Shown: piece after piece, positions 15,669 to 25,318 of the stretch
How the letters are laid out: every line of letters starts with the position of its first letter
Numbering within the stretch: position 1 is the stretch's first letter
IMG/VR virus record: IMGVR_UViG_2695420876_000014
Source of the DNA: a virus
Lineage: Duplodnaviria > Heunggongvirae > Uroviricota > Caudoviricetes
Reading direction: 5' to 3' (one strand)
DNA: 40,323 nucleotides
The notes under the pieces: model-generated
The model's input: only the letters and a program-made list of their open reading frames with translations
Database searches by the model: none
What the model was told of the DNA's origin: nothing
Position numbers and translations under genes: made by a program

Positions 15669-15835
15669 TTGACCAAAATCGAAGTTACGAACAAGGAAGT
15701 GTCGAGCGAGCTTTAACGTGCGCTAACTGCGGTCAGAAGCTGCATGTGCTGGAAGTTCACGTGTGCTCCGATTGCTGCGCAGAACTGATGAGCGATCCGA
15801 ATAGCTCAATGTACGAGGAAGAAGACGATGAATGA
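15665..15835 (+). CDS. ninF: NinF (GTG start; below the 60-aa cutoff of the ORF track)
   Basis: Hand translation from the GTG at 15665 gives (M)[55 protein letters not shown], resembling lambda NinF. Confidence 0.7.
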   Translation: MIDQNRSYEQGSVERALTCANCGQKLHVLEVHVCSDCCAELMSDPNSSMYEEEDDE

Positions 15836-16550
15836 GTTAATAAATGGCAATGCCATCAAAATGACAAGCATTGAAATCGCTGAGTTGGTGGGTAAGCGCC
15901 ATGACAATGTGAAACGTACCATAGAAACGCTGGCTAAAAATGGTGTTATCCGGCTTCCTCAAATTGAGGTTTCCGAAAGAATCAATAACTTAGGGTTCAA
16001 TGTTCAGTACGAGCATTACGTCTTCGAGGGCGAACAAGGTAAGCGAGACAGTATTGTCGTTGTTGCCCAGTTGTCGCCAGAGTTCACCGCTCGCCTTGTT
16101 GACCGCTGGCGAGATCTTGAAGAAGCTGCGGTTAATATCCCCAAAACGCTACCGGAAGCGTTGCGCCTTGCTGCCGATCTTGCTGAGCAGAAAATGCAAC
16201 TGGAAAACCAGCTCGCAATTGTCGCACCTAAAGTTGAGTTTGCCGATCGCGTTGGCGAGGCCAGCGGAATTTTGATTGGAAACTTTGCAAAGGTTGTTGG
16301 AATTGGTCCAAACAAACTGTTTGCGTGGATGCGCGATCACAAAATCCTTATTGCTTCAGGTTCCCGGCGCAATGTGCCAATGCAGGAATATATGGAGCGC
16401 GGCTATTTCACAGTGAAAGAAACAGCGGTCAACACAAATCACGGAATACAGATATCGTTCACCACAAAAATCACCGGGCGTGGTCAACAGTGGCTGACCA
16501 GAAAGCTGCTCGATAACAGAATGCTGAAAGTAACAGGGGAGGCTGCTTAA
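15828..16550 (+). CDS. Rha-N / KilAC-domain antirepressor-like protein
   Basis: 240 aa; N-terminus ...MTSIEIAELVGKRHDNVKRTIETL... matches the Rha regulatory family and the C-terminal half looks like a KilAC/ANT domain. Confidence 0.65.
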   Translation: MNELINGNAIKMTSIEIAELVGKRHDNVKRTIETLAKNGVIRLPQIEVSERINNLGFNVQYEHYVFEGEQGKRDSIVVVAQLSPEFTARLVDRWRDLEEAAVNIPKTLPEALRLAADLAEQKMQLENQLAIVAPKVEFADRVGEASGILIGNFAKVVGIGPNKLFAWMRDHKILIASGSRRNVPMQEYMERGYFTVKETAVNTNHGIQISFTTKITGRGQQWLTRKLLDNRMLKVTGEAA

Positions 16551-16840
16551 TGGCTAACCTACGCAAAGAAGCGCGCGGCAGAGAATGCCAGGTACGTATT
16601 TACGGCGTATGCAATGGCAATCCTGAAACTACAGTTCTGGCACATTACCGGATGGCTGGAATTTGCGGAACTGGAATGAAGCCTGACGACCTGATCGGCG
16701 CATGGGCTTGTAGCGCGTGTCACGATGAAATCGACCGACGCACCCATAATCTCGACAACAAAGACGCCAGACTTTATCACCTCGAAGGCGTGATCAGGAC
16801 GCAGGCGATCCTGCTGAAGGAGGGGAAGATTAAGCCATGA
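16550..16840 (+). CDS. DUF1364 (YbcO-like) putative zinc-binding nuclease
   Basis: 96 aa with conserved Cys/His (CQVRIYGVC...CSACHDEID); commonly sits upstream of rusA in lambdoid prophages. Confidence 0.65.
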   Translation: MANLRKEARGRECQVRIYGVCNGNPETTVLAHYRMAGICGTGMKPDDLIGAWACSACHDEIDRRTHNLDNKDARLYHLEGVIRTQAILLKEGKIKP

Positions 16841-17199
16841 AAGAATATCAGTTTGTGCTTCCTTACCCGCCGTCGGTGAACACCTACTGGCGAAGACGGG
16901 GAAGCCAATACTACATCAGCGATAAAGGCCAGAAATACCGAAAAGACGTTCAGCAAATCATCCGCCAACTCAAGTTAGACATTTTCACCAAATCACGACT
17001 CCGTATCAAAGTCATCGCAGACGTTCCAGACTCCCGCCGCCGCGACCTCGATAACATCCTGAAAGGTTTACTCGACTCCCTTATCCACGCCGGATTTGCG
17101 GAAGACGACGAGCAATTCGATGACATTCGCGTAATTCGTGGCGTGAAAGTACCAGGCGGAAGGCTTGGAATAAAAATCACCGAACTGGAGAACGTATGA
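16837..17199 (+). CDS. rusA: Holliday junction resolvase RusA
   Basis: 120 aa; MKEYQFVLPYPPSVNTYWRRRG... with acidic catalytic residues (RRRDLDN), typical RusA. Confidence 0.9.
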   Translation: MKEYQFVLPYPPSVNTYWRRRGSQYYISDKGQKYRKDVQQIIRQLKLDIFTKSRLRIKVIADVPDSRRRDLDNILKGLLDSLIHAGFAEDDEQFDDIRVIRGVKVPGGRLGIKITELENV

Positions 17200-17384
17200 A
17201 CGCCACAATTCAAACGATACCAGAGCTTCTTATCTAGACACGAGGCAATCAGACCGAAGTGGCAAGGATGCTTTCCTGCGCAAGAGGAACAGTGCTCAAG
17301 TACAACCGAGACAGCAAAGGCGAGCGTCACGTAATAGTTAACGGCGTCCTGATGGTCAAACAGGGCAAAAGGGGAAGGCCATGA
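17196..17384 (+). pseudogene. ninH: NinH-like HTH gene interrupted by an in-frame TAG at codon 14
   Basis: Frame from the ATG at 17196 reads MNATIQTIPELLI-stop-TRGNQTEVARMLSCARGTVLKYNRDSKGERHVIVNGVLMV...; resembles lambda NinH (...IPDMLVEAYGNQTEVARRLKCSRGTVRKY...); the TAG is at 17235-17237. Confidence 0.5.
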
Positions 17385-18004
17385 GACTCGAAAGCGTAGC
17401 TAAATTTCATTCGCCAAAAAGCCCGATGATGAGCGACTCACCACGGGCTACGGCTTCTGACTCTCTTTCCGGTACTGATGTGATGGCTGCTATGGGGATG
17501 GCGCAATCACAAGCCGGATTCGGAATGGCTGCATTCTGCGGTAAGCATGAACTCAGCCAGAACGACAAACAAAAGGCTATCAACTATCTGATGCAATTTG
17601 CACACAAGGTATCGGGGAAATACCGTGGTGTGGCAAAGCTCGAAGGAAATACTAAGGCAAAGGTACTGCAAGTGCTCGCAACATTCGCTTATGCGGATTA
17701 TTGCCGTAGTGCTGCGACGCCGGGAGCAAGATGCAGAGATTGTCACGGTACAGGCCGTGCGGTTGATATAGCCAAAACGGAGCAGTGGGGGAGAGTTGTT
17801 GAGAAAGAGTGCGGAAGATGCAAAGGCGTCGGCTATTCAAGGATGCCAGCAAGCGCCGCATATCGCGCTGTAACGATGCTAATCCCAAACCTTACTCAAC
17901 CCACCTGGTCACGCACTGTTAAGCCGCTGTATGACGCTCTGGTGGTGCAATGCCACAAGGAAGAGTCAATCGCAGACAATATTTTGAATGCGGTCACACG
18001 TTAG
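17381..18004 (+). CDS. Q: late-gene antiterminator Q (lambda type)
   Basis: 207 aa; MRLESVAKFHSPKSPMMSDSPRATASDSLSG... recognised as near-identical to lambda Q; the lambda-like pR' and qut region follows. Confidence 0.95.
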   Translation: MRLESVAKFHSPKSPMMSDSPRATASDSLSGTDVMAAMGMAQSQAGFGMAAFCGKHELSQNDKQKAINYLMQFAHKVSGKYRGVAKLEGNTKAKVLQVLATFAYADYCRSAATPGARCRDCHGTGRAVDIAKTEQWGRVVEKECGRCKGVGYSRMPASAAYRAVTMLIPNLTQPTWSRTVKPLYDALVVQCHKEESIADNILNAVTR

Positions 18005-18046
18005 CAGCATGATTGCCACGGATGGCAACATATTAACGGCATAATA

Positions 18047-18075
18047 TTGACTTTTTGAATAAAGTTGGGTAAATT
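18047..18075 (+). promoter_or_regulatory. late promoter pR' (-35 ttgact, 17-bp spacer, -10 taaatt) with the Q utilisation site just downstream
   Basis: ttgactttttgaataaagttgggtaaatttgactcaacgatggg matches my recollection of lambda pR'/qut. Confidence 0.8.
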
Positions 18076-18218
18076 TGACTCAACGATGGGTTAATTCGCT
18101 CGTTGTGGTAGTGAGATGAAAAGAGGCGGCTCTTACTCCCGATTCCGCCTAGTTGGTCACTTCGACGTATCGTCTGGAACTCCAACCATCGCAGGCTGAG
18201 AGGTCTGCAAAATGCAAT

Positions 18219-18276
18219 CCCGAAACAGTTCGCAGGTAATAGTTAGAGCCTGCATAACGGTTTCGGGATTTTTTAT
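18219..18276 (+). terminator. tR' terminator (3' end of the short 6S late transcript)
   Basis: cccgaaac...gtttcggg hairpin followed by attttttat, as in lambda tR'. Confidence 0.8.
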
Positions 18277-18691
18277 GTCTGTGCAACAGGTAAGATCATT
18301 TGTAGAGTTCGACTCTCTACCGTGGGCTTTTTCCCGCGATGCGAGCCATAAATGCTCTTTCCGTTGTGCTGAATTAAGCGAATACCGGAAGCAGAACCGG
18401 ATCACCAAATGCGTACAGGCGTCATCGCCGCCCAGCAACAGCACAACCCAAACTGAGCCGTAGCCACTGGCTATCCTGAACTCATCAGTGATAGTTATGC
18501 TGCGGCCTTCTACGCATGACCTTCGTGAAAGCGGGTGGCATGAGGCTGCGCTAACAACCTCCTGCCGTTTTGCCCGTGCATATCGGTCACGAACAAATCT
18601 GATTACTAAACACAGTAGCCTGGATTTGTTCTATCAGTAATCGACCTTATTCCTAATTAAATAGAGCAAATCCCCTTATTGGGGGTAAGAC

Positions 18692-19015
18692 ATGAAGATG
18701 CCAGAAAAACATGACCTGTTAGCCGCCATTCTCGCGGCAAAGGAACAAGGCATCGGGGCAATCCTTGCGTTTGCAATGGCGTACCTTCGCGGCAGATATA
18801 ATGGCGGTGCGTTTACAAAAACAGTAATCGACGCAACGATGTGCGCCATTATCGCCTGGTTCATTCGTGACCTTCTCGACTTCGCTGGACTAAGTAGCAA
18901 TCTCGCTTATATAACGAGCGTGTTCATCGGCTACATCGGTACTGACTCGATTGGTTCGCTTATCAAACGCTTCGCTGCTAAAAAAGCCGGAGTAGAAGAT
19001 GGTGGAAATCAGTAA
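18692..19015 (+). CDS. S: holin S (class I, dual-start MKM)
   Basis: 107 aa; [39 protein letters not shown]... recognised as lambda S. Confidence 0.95.
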   Translation: MKMPEKHDLLAAILAAKEQGIGAILAFAMAYLRGRYNGGAFTKTVIDATMCAIIAWFIRDLLDFAGLSSNLAYITSVFIGYIGTDSIGSLIKRFAAKKAGVEDGGNQ

Positions 19016-19475
19016 TCAACGTAAGGCGTTCCTCGATATGCTGGCGTGGTCAGAGGGAACTGATAACGGACGTCAGAAAACCAGAAATCATGGTTATGAC
19101 GTCATTGTTGGCGGAGAGCTATTCACTGATTACTCCGATCACCCTCGCAAACTTGTCACGCTAAACCCAAAACTCAAATCAACAGCAGCCGGACGTTACC
19201 AGCTTCTTTCCCGTTGGTGGGATGCCTACCGTAAGCAGCTTGGTCTGAAAGACTTCTCTCCCAAAAGTCAGGACGCTGTGGCATTGCAGCAGATTAAAGA
19301 GCGTGGCGCTTTACCGATGATTGATCGCGGTGATATACGTCAGGCAATCGACCGTTGCAGCAATATTTGGGCTTCAATGCCTGGGGCTGGTTACGGTCAG
19401 TTCGAGCATAAGGCTGACAGCCTGATTGCAAAATTCAAAGAAGCAGGCGGAACGGTCAGAGAGATTGAGGTATGA
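18999..19475 (+). CDS. R: endolysin R (lytic transglycosylase)
   Basis: 158 aa; ...[43 protein letters not shown]... recognised as lambda R. Confidence 0.95.
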   Translation: MVEISNQRKAFLDMLAWSEGTDNGRQKTRNHGYDVIVGGELFTDYSDHPRKLVTLNPKLKSTAAGRYQLLSRWWDAYRKQLGLKDFSPKSQDAVALQQIKERGALPMIDRGDIRQAIDRCSNIWASMPGAGYGQFEHKADSLIAKFKEAGGTVREIEV

Positions 19476-19909
19476 GCAGAGTCACCGCGATTATCTCCGC
19501 TCTGATTATCTGCATCATCGTCTGCCTGTCATGGGCTGTTAATCATTACCGTGATAACGCCATCGCCTACAAAGAGCAGCGCGATAAGGCCGCATCCATC
19601 ATCGCTGACATGCAGAAGCGTCAACGTGATGTAGCAGAACTTGACGCCAGATACACAAAGGAGCTTGCTGATGCTAACGCGACTATCGAAAGTCTCCGTG
19701 CTGATGTTTCTGCTGGTCGTAAGCGCCTGCAAGTCGCCGCCACCTGTACAAAGTCAACGACCGGAGCCAGCAGCATGGGCGATGGAGAAAGCCCAAGACT
19801 TACAGCAGATGCTGAACTCAATTATTACCGTCTCCGAAGTGGAATCGACAGGATAACCGCGCAGGTTAACTACCTGCAGGAATACATCAGGACGCAATGC
19901 CTGAAATGA
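19472..19909 (+). CDS. Rz: spanin inner-membrane subunit Rz (i-spanin)
   Basis: 145 aa; N-terminal [33 protein letters not shown] then coiled-coil; lambda-Rz-like N-terminus with a diverged C-terminus. Confidence 0.85.
   Translation: MSRVTAIISALIICIIVCLSWAVNHYRDNAIAYKEQRDKAASIIADMQKRQRDVAELDARYTKELADANATIESLRADVSAGRKRLQVAATCTKSTTGASSMGDGESPRLTADAELNYYRLRSGIDRITAQVNYLQEYIRTQCLK
19671..19856 (+). CDS. Rz1: spanin outer-membrane lipoprotein Rz1 (o-spanin), embedded in the +1 frame of Rz
   Basis: Start re-assigned to [20 protein letters not shown] (signal peptide and lipobox Cys) followed by a Pro-rich mature peptide; lies wholly inside Rz. Confidence 0.7.
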   Translation: MLTRLSKVSVLMFLLVVSACKSPPPVQSQRPEPAAWAMEKAQDLQQMLNSIITVSEVESTG

Positions 19910-19945
19910 TCGGGCGATGAAAACCAAAAAAAACAGGAGCAATAC

Positions 19946-20221
19946 ATGACTGAGCTTTATCACCGCATCTCAACTTTTCTCTCTGGTTGCTGGGCGTTTA
20001 TCACGTCTATTTCGTTCGCCATCTTTAGTTTCGGTAGCACAGCGTGCTCGCTTAGTCGAGGTCTGTGGCGTGCTATTTCAGCACTAGCGCCAAAATTTTT
20101 ACCTGAAAAGGCTGTTTGGCGAATTGTAGAGCGAATGTGTAGTGAGAGCGTTCGCGAGAAGATTAACGTATTTGGACGTCATCCTCGAAATACAGGCGCA
20201 TTGTGCAGTCCGTTACTGTAG
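19946..20221 (+). CDS. hypothetical protein with a hydrophobic N-terminal half
   Basis: 91-aa ORF with a strong RBS (aggag 7 nt upstream); composition is unusual, so it could be spurious. Confidence 0.4.
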   Translation: MTELYHRISTFLSGCWAFITSISFAIFSFGSTACSLSRGLWRAISALAPKFLPEKAVWRIVERMCSESVREKINVFGRHPRNTGALCSPLL

Positions 20222-20446
20222 TCATTACAAAGCCCATCTACGGGTGGGCTTGATAATGAAACCGGAATTTATTCTGGGAAACCAGTTACGGCAGTACAGC
20301 GAAACAACCCAAGCCAGTAAGTGGGGAAATAACACTGGCAGCCACTGAAAGATGAACCTCCAGCCTTATGGCAAAAAAGATTCTTTGTGGTGGCGGACTG
20401 ATGGAAAGACATCCTAATCAAGCAACCACTCTACAGGGTCATAATT

Positions 20447-20827
20447 ATGAACGACCAGCAAATCGAAAAAGAAATCGTTGAGAAAGGCAAAACGGCACTG
20501 CGAATCACCCCGCAGCACATCGAAGACGTGATTAAAAGCGAGCATTACTTTACTGCTTATGATGGACGAAATGGTGCCATTTCCAGCAACGAATATTGTG
20601 GCAGGGAAAAACCAGAAGAAGGCGATCGTGATTTATCACCATTGAAGTTGCTCACTTTCTGCGTACTGGTGCTGAAGAATGGCTTCACTGTCACCGGAGA
20701 GAGTGCCTGTGCAAGCCCGGAAAACTTTGATGCAGAAATTGGTCGGAAGATTGCCCGGCAGAATGCTGTAAACAAAATCTGGATGCTGGAAGGTTACTTG
20801 CTGAAGCAGAAGTTAAGCGAACAGTAG
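20447..20827 (+). CDS. hypothetical phage protein, possibly N4 gp49 / Sf6 gp66 family
   Basis: 126-aa ORF upstream of the terminase genes; family assignment is from memory and uncertain; flanked by two copies of a conserved hairpin motif. Confidence 0.45.
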   Translation: MNDQQIEKEIVEKGKTALRITPQHIEDVIKSEHYFTAYDGRNGAISSNEYCGREKPEEGDRDLSPLKLLTFCVLVLKNGFTVTGESACASPENFDAEIGRKIARQNAVNKIWMLEGYLLKQKLSEQ

Positions 20828-20930
20828 TTATTACAAAAGCCATTCCCTACAGAGTGGCTTTGATAATGGCTTATACCCTACACGGGATAACTTAACTGAT
20901 ATCCCTTTTAACGGATAAACGGAGCCAACA

Positions 20931-21173
20931 ATGGCAGAGATTATTCCCATGACTGAAGAACAGAAATTCCAGTTAGAGATTTACAAGCTGGTCATGAACC
21001 AGAACGCAGCCGCAGAAGAAGCATTTCAATTCATCGGCACTGACGAGTTGAAGCTTGAGCTATTCAAAATTCACTTCCAGTCAGGCGGCGCTAATTCAGA
21101 TATCACGACCCGCACAATCGAAGCGGTGCGTAAATCGAAGGAAGCGTTAGACCTGTTCACTACCGGAGCATAA
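20931..21173 (+). CDS. hypothetical small protein upstream of terminase
   Basis: 80-aa ORF 2 nt before the small terminase start. Confidence 0.45.
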   Translation: MAEIIPMTEEQKFQLEIYKLVMNQNAAAEEAFQFIGTDELKLELFKIHFQSGGANSDITTRTIEAVRKSKEALDLFTTGA

Positions 21174-21175
21174 AC

Positions 21176-21616
21176 ATGGCGCGCCCAACAAAGTATCAAG
21201 AGGCGTACGCCGAACAGGCACGCAAACTGTGCTTGCTGGGCTACACCGATGCAGAGCTTGCTGATTTCTTCGAAGTCAGTGAGTCAACTATTAACAAGTG
21301 GAAGCTTGATTATCCTAAGTTTTCGGAGTCCATAAAAAAGGGTAAGGCCGTCGCTGATGCAGAAGTTAGTGATCGTCTTTATCAACGCGCTATGGGCTTC
21401 GTGGCTCCAGATATCGATATTCGTGTTATTGAAAACAGAATTGTCGAAACTCCGCTTGAGAAGTATTACCCGCCTGATACAACCGCTGCCATTTTCTGGC
21501 TTAAGAACCGACAGAAGGATAAATGGCGCGACAAGGTTGATCACGAGCTAACAGGCAAAGACGGCGGCGCAATTCAGATTGAAACATCACCGATGAGCAC
21601 TCTATTCGGAAAATGA
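21176..21616 (+). CDS. terminase small subunit (Sf6/P22-like)
   Basis: 146 aa; N-terminal HTH-like region; C-terminus ...GKDGGAIQIETSPMSTLFGK as I recall for the Sf6-type small terminase; its stop overlaps the large-subunit start. Confidence 0.75.
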   Translation: MARPTKYQEAYAEQARKLCLLGYTDAELADFFEVSESTINKWKLDYPKFSESIKKGKAVADAEVSDRLYQRAMGFVAPDIDIRVIENRIVETPLEKYYPPDTTAAIFWLKNRQKDKWRDKVDHELTGKDGGAIQIETSPMSTLFGK

Positions 21617-23028
21617 CCTCGATTAATCCTATCTTTGAACCGTTCATTGAGGCGCATCGCTACAAAGTCGCCAAAGGCGGTCGAGGTAGCGGTAAGTCAT
21701 GGGCAATCGCGAGACTGCTTGTTGAAGCGGTGCGTCGGCAGCCAGTGCGTATTCTCTGCGCTCGTGAACTGCAAAACAGTATCAGCGATTCGGTAATCCG
21801 GTTGCTTGAAGATACCATCGAGCGTGAAGGGTATTCGGCTGAGTTTGAAATTCAGCGTTCAATGATTCGTCATCTCGGAACGAATGCTGAATTCATGTTC
21901 TACGGCATCAAAAACAACCCGACGAAGATTAAATCGCTAGAAGGTATTGATATCTGCTGGGTGGAAGAAGCGGAAGCGGTAACAAAGGAATCGTGGGATA
22001 TCCTGATACCAACCATCCGTAAGCCGTTCTCTGAAATATGGGTGAGCTTCAACCCGAAAAACATCCTCGACGATACCTATCAGCGATTCGTCGTAAACCC
22101 TCCTGATGATATTTGTCTGCTGACGGTGAACTACACCGACAACCCGCACTTTCCTGAAGTTCTCCGTCTGGAGATGGAAGAGTGCAAACGCAGAAATCCG
22201 ACACTGTATCGTCACATCTGGCTTGGTGAGCCAGTAAGCGCAAGTGATATGGCAATCATCAAACGTGAATGGCTTGAAGCCGCAACCGATGCGCACAAGA
22301 AACTCGGATGGAAAGCGAAAGGCGCGGTTGTTTCTGCACATGACCCGTCAGATACAGGGCCGGATGCTAAAGGTTACGCATCGCGTCACGGTTCGGTGGT
22401 TAAGCGCATTGCCGAAGGTCTGCTGATGGACATCAACGATGGTGCTGACTGGGCTACTTCGCTGGCGATTGAAGACGGCGCTGACCATTACCTGTGGGAT
22501 GGTGATGGTGTTGGTGCGGGGCTACGCAGACAGACAACGGAAGCGTTCTCCGGCAAGAAAATCACCGCCACGATGTTCAAGGGCAGCGAATCGCCATTCG
22601 ATGAAGATGCACCATATCAGGCCGGAGCATGGGCCGATGAAGTCGTACAGGGCGACAACGTTCGTACTATTGGCGATGTATTCCGCAATAAGCGAGCGCA
22701 ATTCTATTACGCGCTGGCTGACAGGCTGTATCTGACATATCGGGCGGTTGTCCACGGTGAGTATGCAGACCCCGACGACATGCTGAGTTTCGACAAAGAA
22801 GTGATAGGCGAGAAGATGCTGGAGAAGCTGTTTGCAGAACTGACGCAGATTCAGCGCAAATTCAATAATAACGGGAAGCTGGAGCTTATGACTAAGGTCG
22901 AAATGAAGCAGAAGCTCGGTATTCCATCTCCTAACCTGGCTGATGCGCTGATGATGTGTATGCATTGCCCGGAGTCGGCTTCGCAACCCGACTATTCCAG
23001 TTACTCAATTCCTTGTGGTGTAGGTTGA
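21613..23028 (+). CDS. terminase large subunit
   Basis: 471 aa; Walker A KGGRGSGKSWA near the N-terminus, Walker B-like DICWVEEAE, then a nuclease domain. Confidence 0.9.
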   Translation: MTSINPIFEPFIEAHRYKVAKGGRGSGKSWAIARLLVEAVRRQPVRILCARELQNSISDSVIRLLEDTIEREGYSAEFEIQRSMIRHLGTNAEFMFYGIKNNPTKIKSLEGIDICWVEEAEAVTKESWDILIPTIRKPFSEIWVSFNPKNILDDTYQRFVVNPPDDICLLTVNYTDNPHFPEVLRLEMEECKRRNPTLYRHIWLGEPVSASDMAIIKREWLEAATDAHKKLGWKAKGAVVSAHDPSDTGPDAKGYASRHGSVVKRIAEGLLMDINDGADWATSLAIEDGADHYLWDGDGVGAGLRRQTTEAFSGKKITATMFKGSESPFDEDAPYQAGAWADEVVQGDNVRTIGDVFRNKRAQFYYALADRLYLTYRAVVHGEYADPDDMLSFDKEVIGEKMLEKLFAELTQIQRKFNNNGKLELMTKVEMKQKLGIPSPNLADALMMCMHCPESASQPDYSSYSIPCGVG

Positions 23029-23029
23029 T

Positions 23030-25228
23030 ATGGCAGAAAAAAAGATGACTGACTGGCATCGCAAGGTGCTGTGCAACTTTGATAATGCCTGGTCAGCAAC
23101 GAAGGATATGCGTGAGCAGATTATTGAGGCTCAACGTTTCGTCCGGGTGTCCGGCGCACAGTGGGAAGGCAGCACAAACGCTGGTTACTCATTTGATGAA
23201 GGCAGGTTTGAGCATTACCCGCGCTTTGAACTGAATAAGATTGCCCGTGAATGTGATCGCATCATTGGCGAGTATCGACAGAATCGCATCAGCGTTAAAT
23301 TCAGGCCTAAGGACGATAAGGCATCGGAAGCGTTAGCCGAAAAGATGAACGGCAAATTCCGCGCTGACTATCAGGAAACATCCGGTGGCGAAGCGTGTGA
23401 TAACGCATTTGATGATGCTGTAACGGGCGGATTCGGTTGTTTCCGCATGTGTGCCGATTACGAAGATGAAATGGATCCGAGTAACGAGCAGCGACGCATC
23501 AGCCTTCTTCCTGTTTACGACCCAGCGACATGCGTCTTCTTCGATCAGGACAGCAAGCAATATGACCGCTCTGATGCTATGTGGGCTATGGAAATGTTCT
23601 CCATGACGCCTAAAGCGTTCGAGGCTGAATACCCTGATTCCATCGCGGCAAGCCTTTCTCGTGATGACACTGGCACTCAATATGACTGGTCAACGCCCGA
23701 TGCCATCTATGTTGGACGCTACTACGAAGTTCGCATAGAGAAGGTGAAGCTCACGGCGTGGCGCAACCCTGTTAGCGGAGAAATGGCAATCTATGATGAA
23801 GAGCAAATCAAAAATATTGTCGACGAACTGACCGATGGTGCATTCGAACTGATTGGCGAGCGAACGGTGAAGAAACGCCGCGTTTATTGCGGCCTTCTGT
23901 CTGGCGCTGAATGGCTGGAAGAACCGAAGCGTATTCCGGGCGAACATATTCCTCTCATCCCGGTATATGGGCGTCGCTCGTTTGTTGATAATCAGGAGCG
24001 AATCGAAGGCCACGCAGCAAAAGCGATGGATGCACAGCGTCTTGAGAACCTGATGGTTTCCATGATTGCAGATAACGCCACTCAGGCTGGCGGCGATGGC
24101 ATTCCTGTAGTTGATGTTGACATGATTCCTGGTCCTCTTGCCACTCATTGGGCGGAGCGCAACAAAAAGCGCCCGGCGTTCCTGCCGATGGTCAGTCTGA
24201 AAAACAAAAACGGAGATATTACTGCGCAGGCTCAGGTCAGCAGTTATACACCTCCGACACAAATGCCTCCTGCTCTTGCCGGGCTATTGCAGTACACCGG
24301 AACGGCTATTCAGCAAATTACAGGTGCGTCGCAGCTTGAGAACATGCCGAGCAACGTCGCTACCGATACCGTTGATAGCATCTTTAACCGGATGGACACG
24401 CAGTCCTATATCTACATGGACAACATGGCTAAATCCATGCGCCGTGCTGGCGTCGTGTGGCTTTCTATGGCTCGTGAAGTCTATGGCAGCGATACGCCAA
24501 TGCGCATCGTTAATGAGGATGGCAGCGATGACGTGGCGCTGATGAATGGTGAAGTGGTTGACCGTCAGACAGGGAAGGTTATCGCGCTTAACGACCTTTC
24601 GCAGGGTAACTATGAAGTGACTGTCGATGTCGGTCAGTCGTTCGCTACTCGCCGTGATGCAACGGTTAAGTCGTTGCTTTCCATGCTGGCACTTATCCCG
24701 CCAGGAACGCCGAAGCATGACCTTGTATCGTCGATGATTCTCGACAATATGGACGGCGAAGGGATGGACGACCTTAAAGAATACAACCGCAATCAGTTGC
24801 TTCTGTCTGGCGTTATTAAGCCGAGAACACCAGAAGAACAGCAGATGGTTGAGCAGGCGAAACAACAACAGGCCAGTCAGCCGGATCCGGCTATGGTTGC
24901 TGCGCAAGGTCAGCTTCTTGCTGGTCAGGCTGAATTGCAGAAAGCGCAGAACGAACAGGCAGCCATTCAGGTTAAAGCATTCCAGGCACAGACTGATGCT
25001 CAGGTTGCAGCGGCAAACGTTGTGAAAATCCTCGCATCTGCCGATAGCCAGCAGAAATCTGATATCCGCGAGGCTCTGAAACTGCTCGGACAGTTCCAGC
25101 AACAGCAAGGAGACAATGCCCGTGCTGATGCAGAGCTTGTCCTGAAAAGTCAGGCACAGGGTCATGCGCAGCGCATGGACATCAGCAGCATCCTGCAAAA
25201 ATCAACTCAGCAACAACCACAGCAGTAA
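23030..25228 (+). CDS. portal protein (P22 gp1-like)
   Basis: 732 aa directly after the large terminase; size matches P22-type portals; long Gln/Ala-rich helical C-terminus consistent with a P22-type barrel extension. Confidence 0.88.
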   Translation: MAEKKMTDWHRKVLCNFDNAWSATKDMREQIIEAQRFVRVSGAQWEGSTNAGYSFDEGRFEHYPRFELNKIARECDRIIGEYRQNRISVKFRPKDDKASEALAEKMNGKFRADYQETSGGEACDNAFDDAVTGGFGCFRMCADYEDEMDPSNEQRRISLLPVYDPATCVFFDQDSKQYDRSDAMWAMEMFSMTPKAFEAEYPDSIAASLSRDDTGTQYDWSTPDAIYVGRYYEVRIEKVKLTAWRNPVSGEMAIYDEEQIKNIVDELTDGAFELIGERTVKKRRVYCGLLSGAEWLEEPKRIPGEHIPLIPVYGRRSFVDNQERIEGHAAKAMDAQRLENLMVSMIADNATQAGGDGIPVVDVDMIPGPLATHWAERNKKRPAFLPMVSLKNKNGDITAQAQVSSYTPPTQMPPALAGLLQYTGTAIQQITGASQLENMPSNVATDTVDSIFNRMDTQSYIYMDNMAKSMRRAGVVWLSMAREVYGSDTPMRIVNEDGSDDVALMNGEVVDRQTGKVIALNDLSQGNYEVTVDVGQSFATRRDATVKSLLSMLALIPPGTPKHDLVSSMILDNMDGEGMDDLKEYNRNQLLLSGVIKPRTPEEQQMVEQAKQQQASQPDPAMVAAQGQLLAGQAELQKAQNEQAAIQVKAFQAQTDAQVAAANVVKILASADSQQKSDIREALKLLGQFQQQQGDNARADAELVLKSQAQGHAQRMDISSILQKSTQQQPQQ

Positions 25229-25318
25229 TTAACCCATAACGTGCAATGGCTGTCTTTATGAGGCCTGGCACCCTATTGCCTTCCGATGGGCTGAACATCG
25301 AGTAAACAGGGGTAACAA

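Noticed and set aside
18212-18463. 83-aa plus-strand ORF between Q and S
   Set aside because: It starts inside the 6S transcript and runs through the tR' hairpin and T-run; the region is explained by pR', qut and tR'.
20142-20348. 68-aa plus-strand ORF spanning the first hairpin motif
   Set aside because: It begins inside the preceding ORF and runs across the conserved hairpin; more likely non-coding, although a 30-codon ORF starting at the GATAATG of the motif cannot be excluded.
21937-22986. Minus-strand ORFs (21937-22341, 22049-22255, 22522-22986) inside the large terminase gene
   Set aside because: They lie antisense within a well-supported gene, have no ribosome-binding sites and give implausible protein sequence; treated as shadow ORFs.
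23333-25198. Minus-strand ORFs up to 304 aa antisense to the portal gene
   Set aside because: Fully contained in the portal coding region on the opposite strand, Cys/His/Arg-rich junk-like translations; shadow ORFs.
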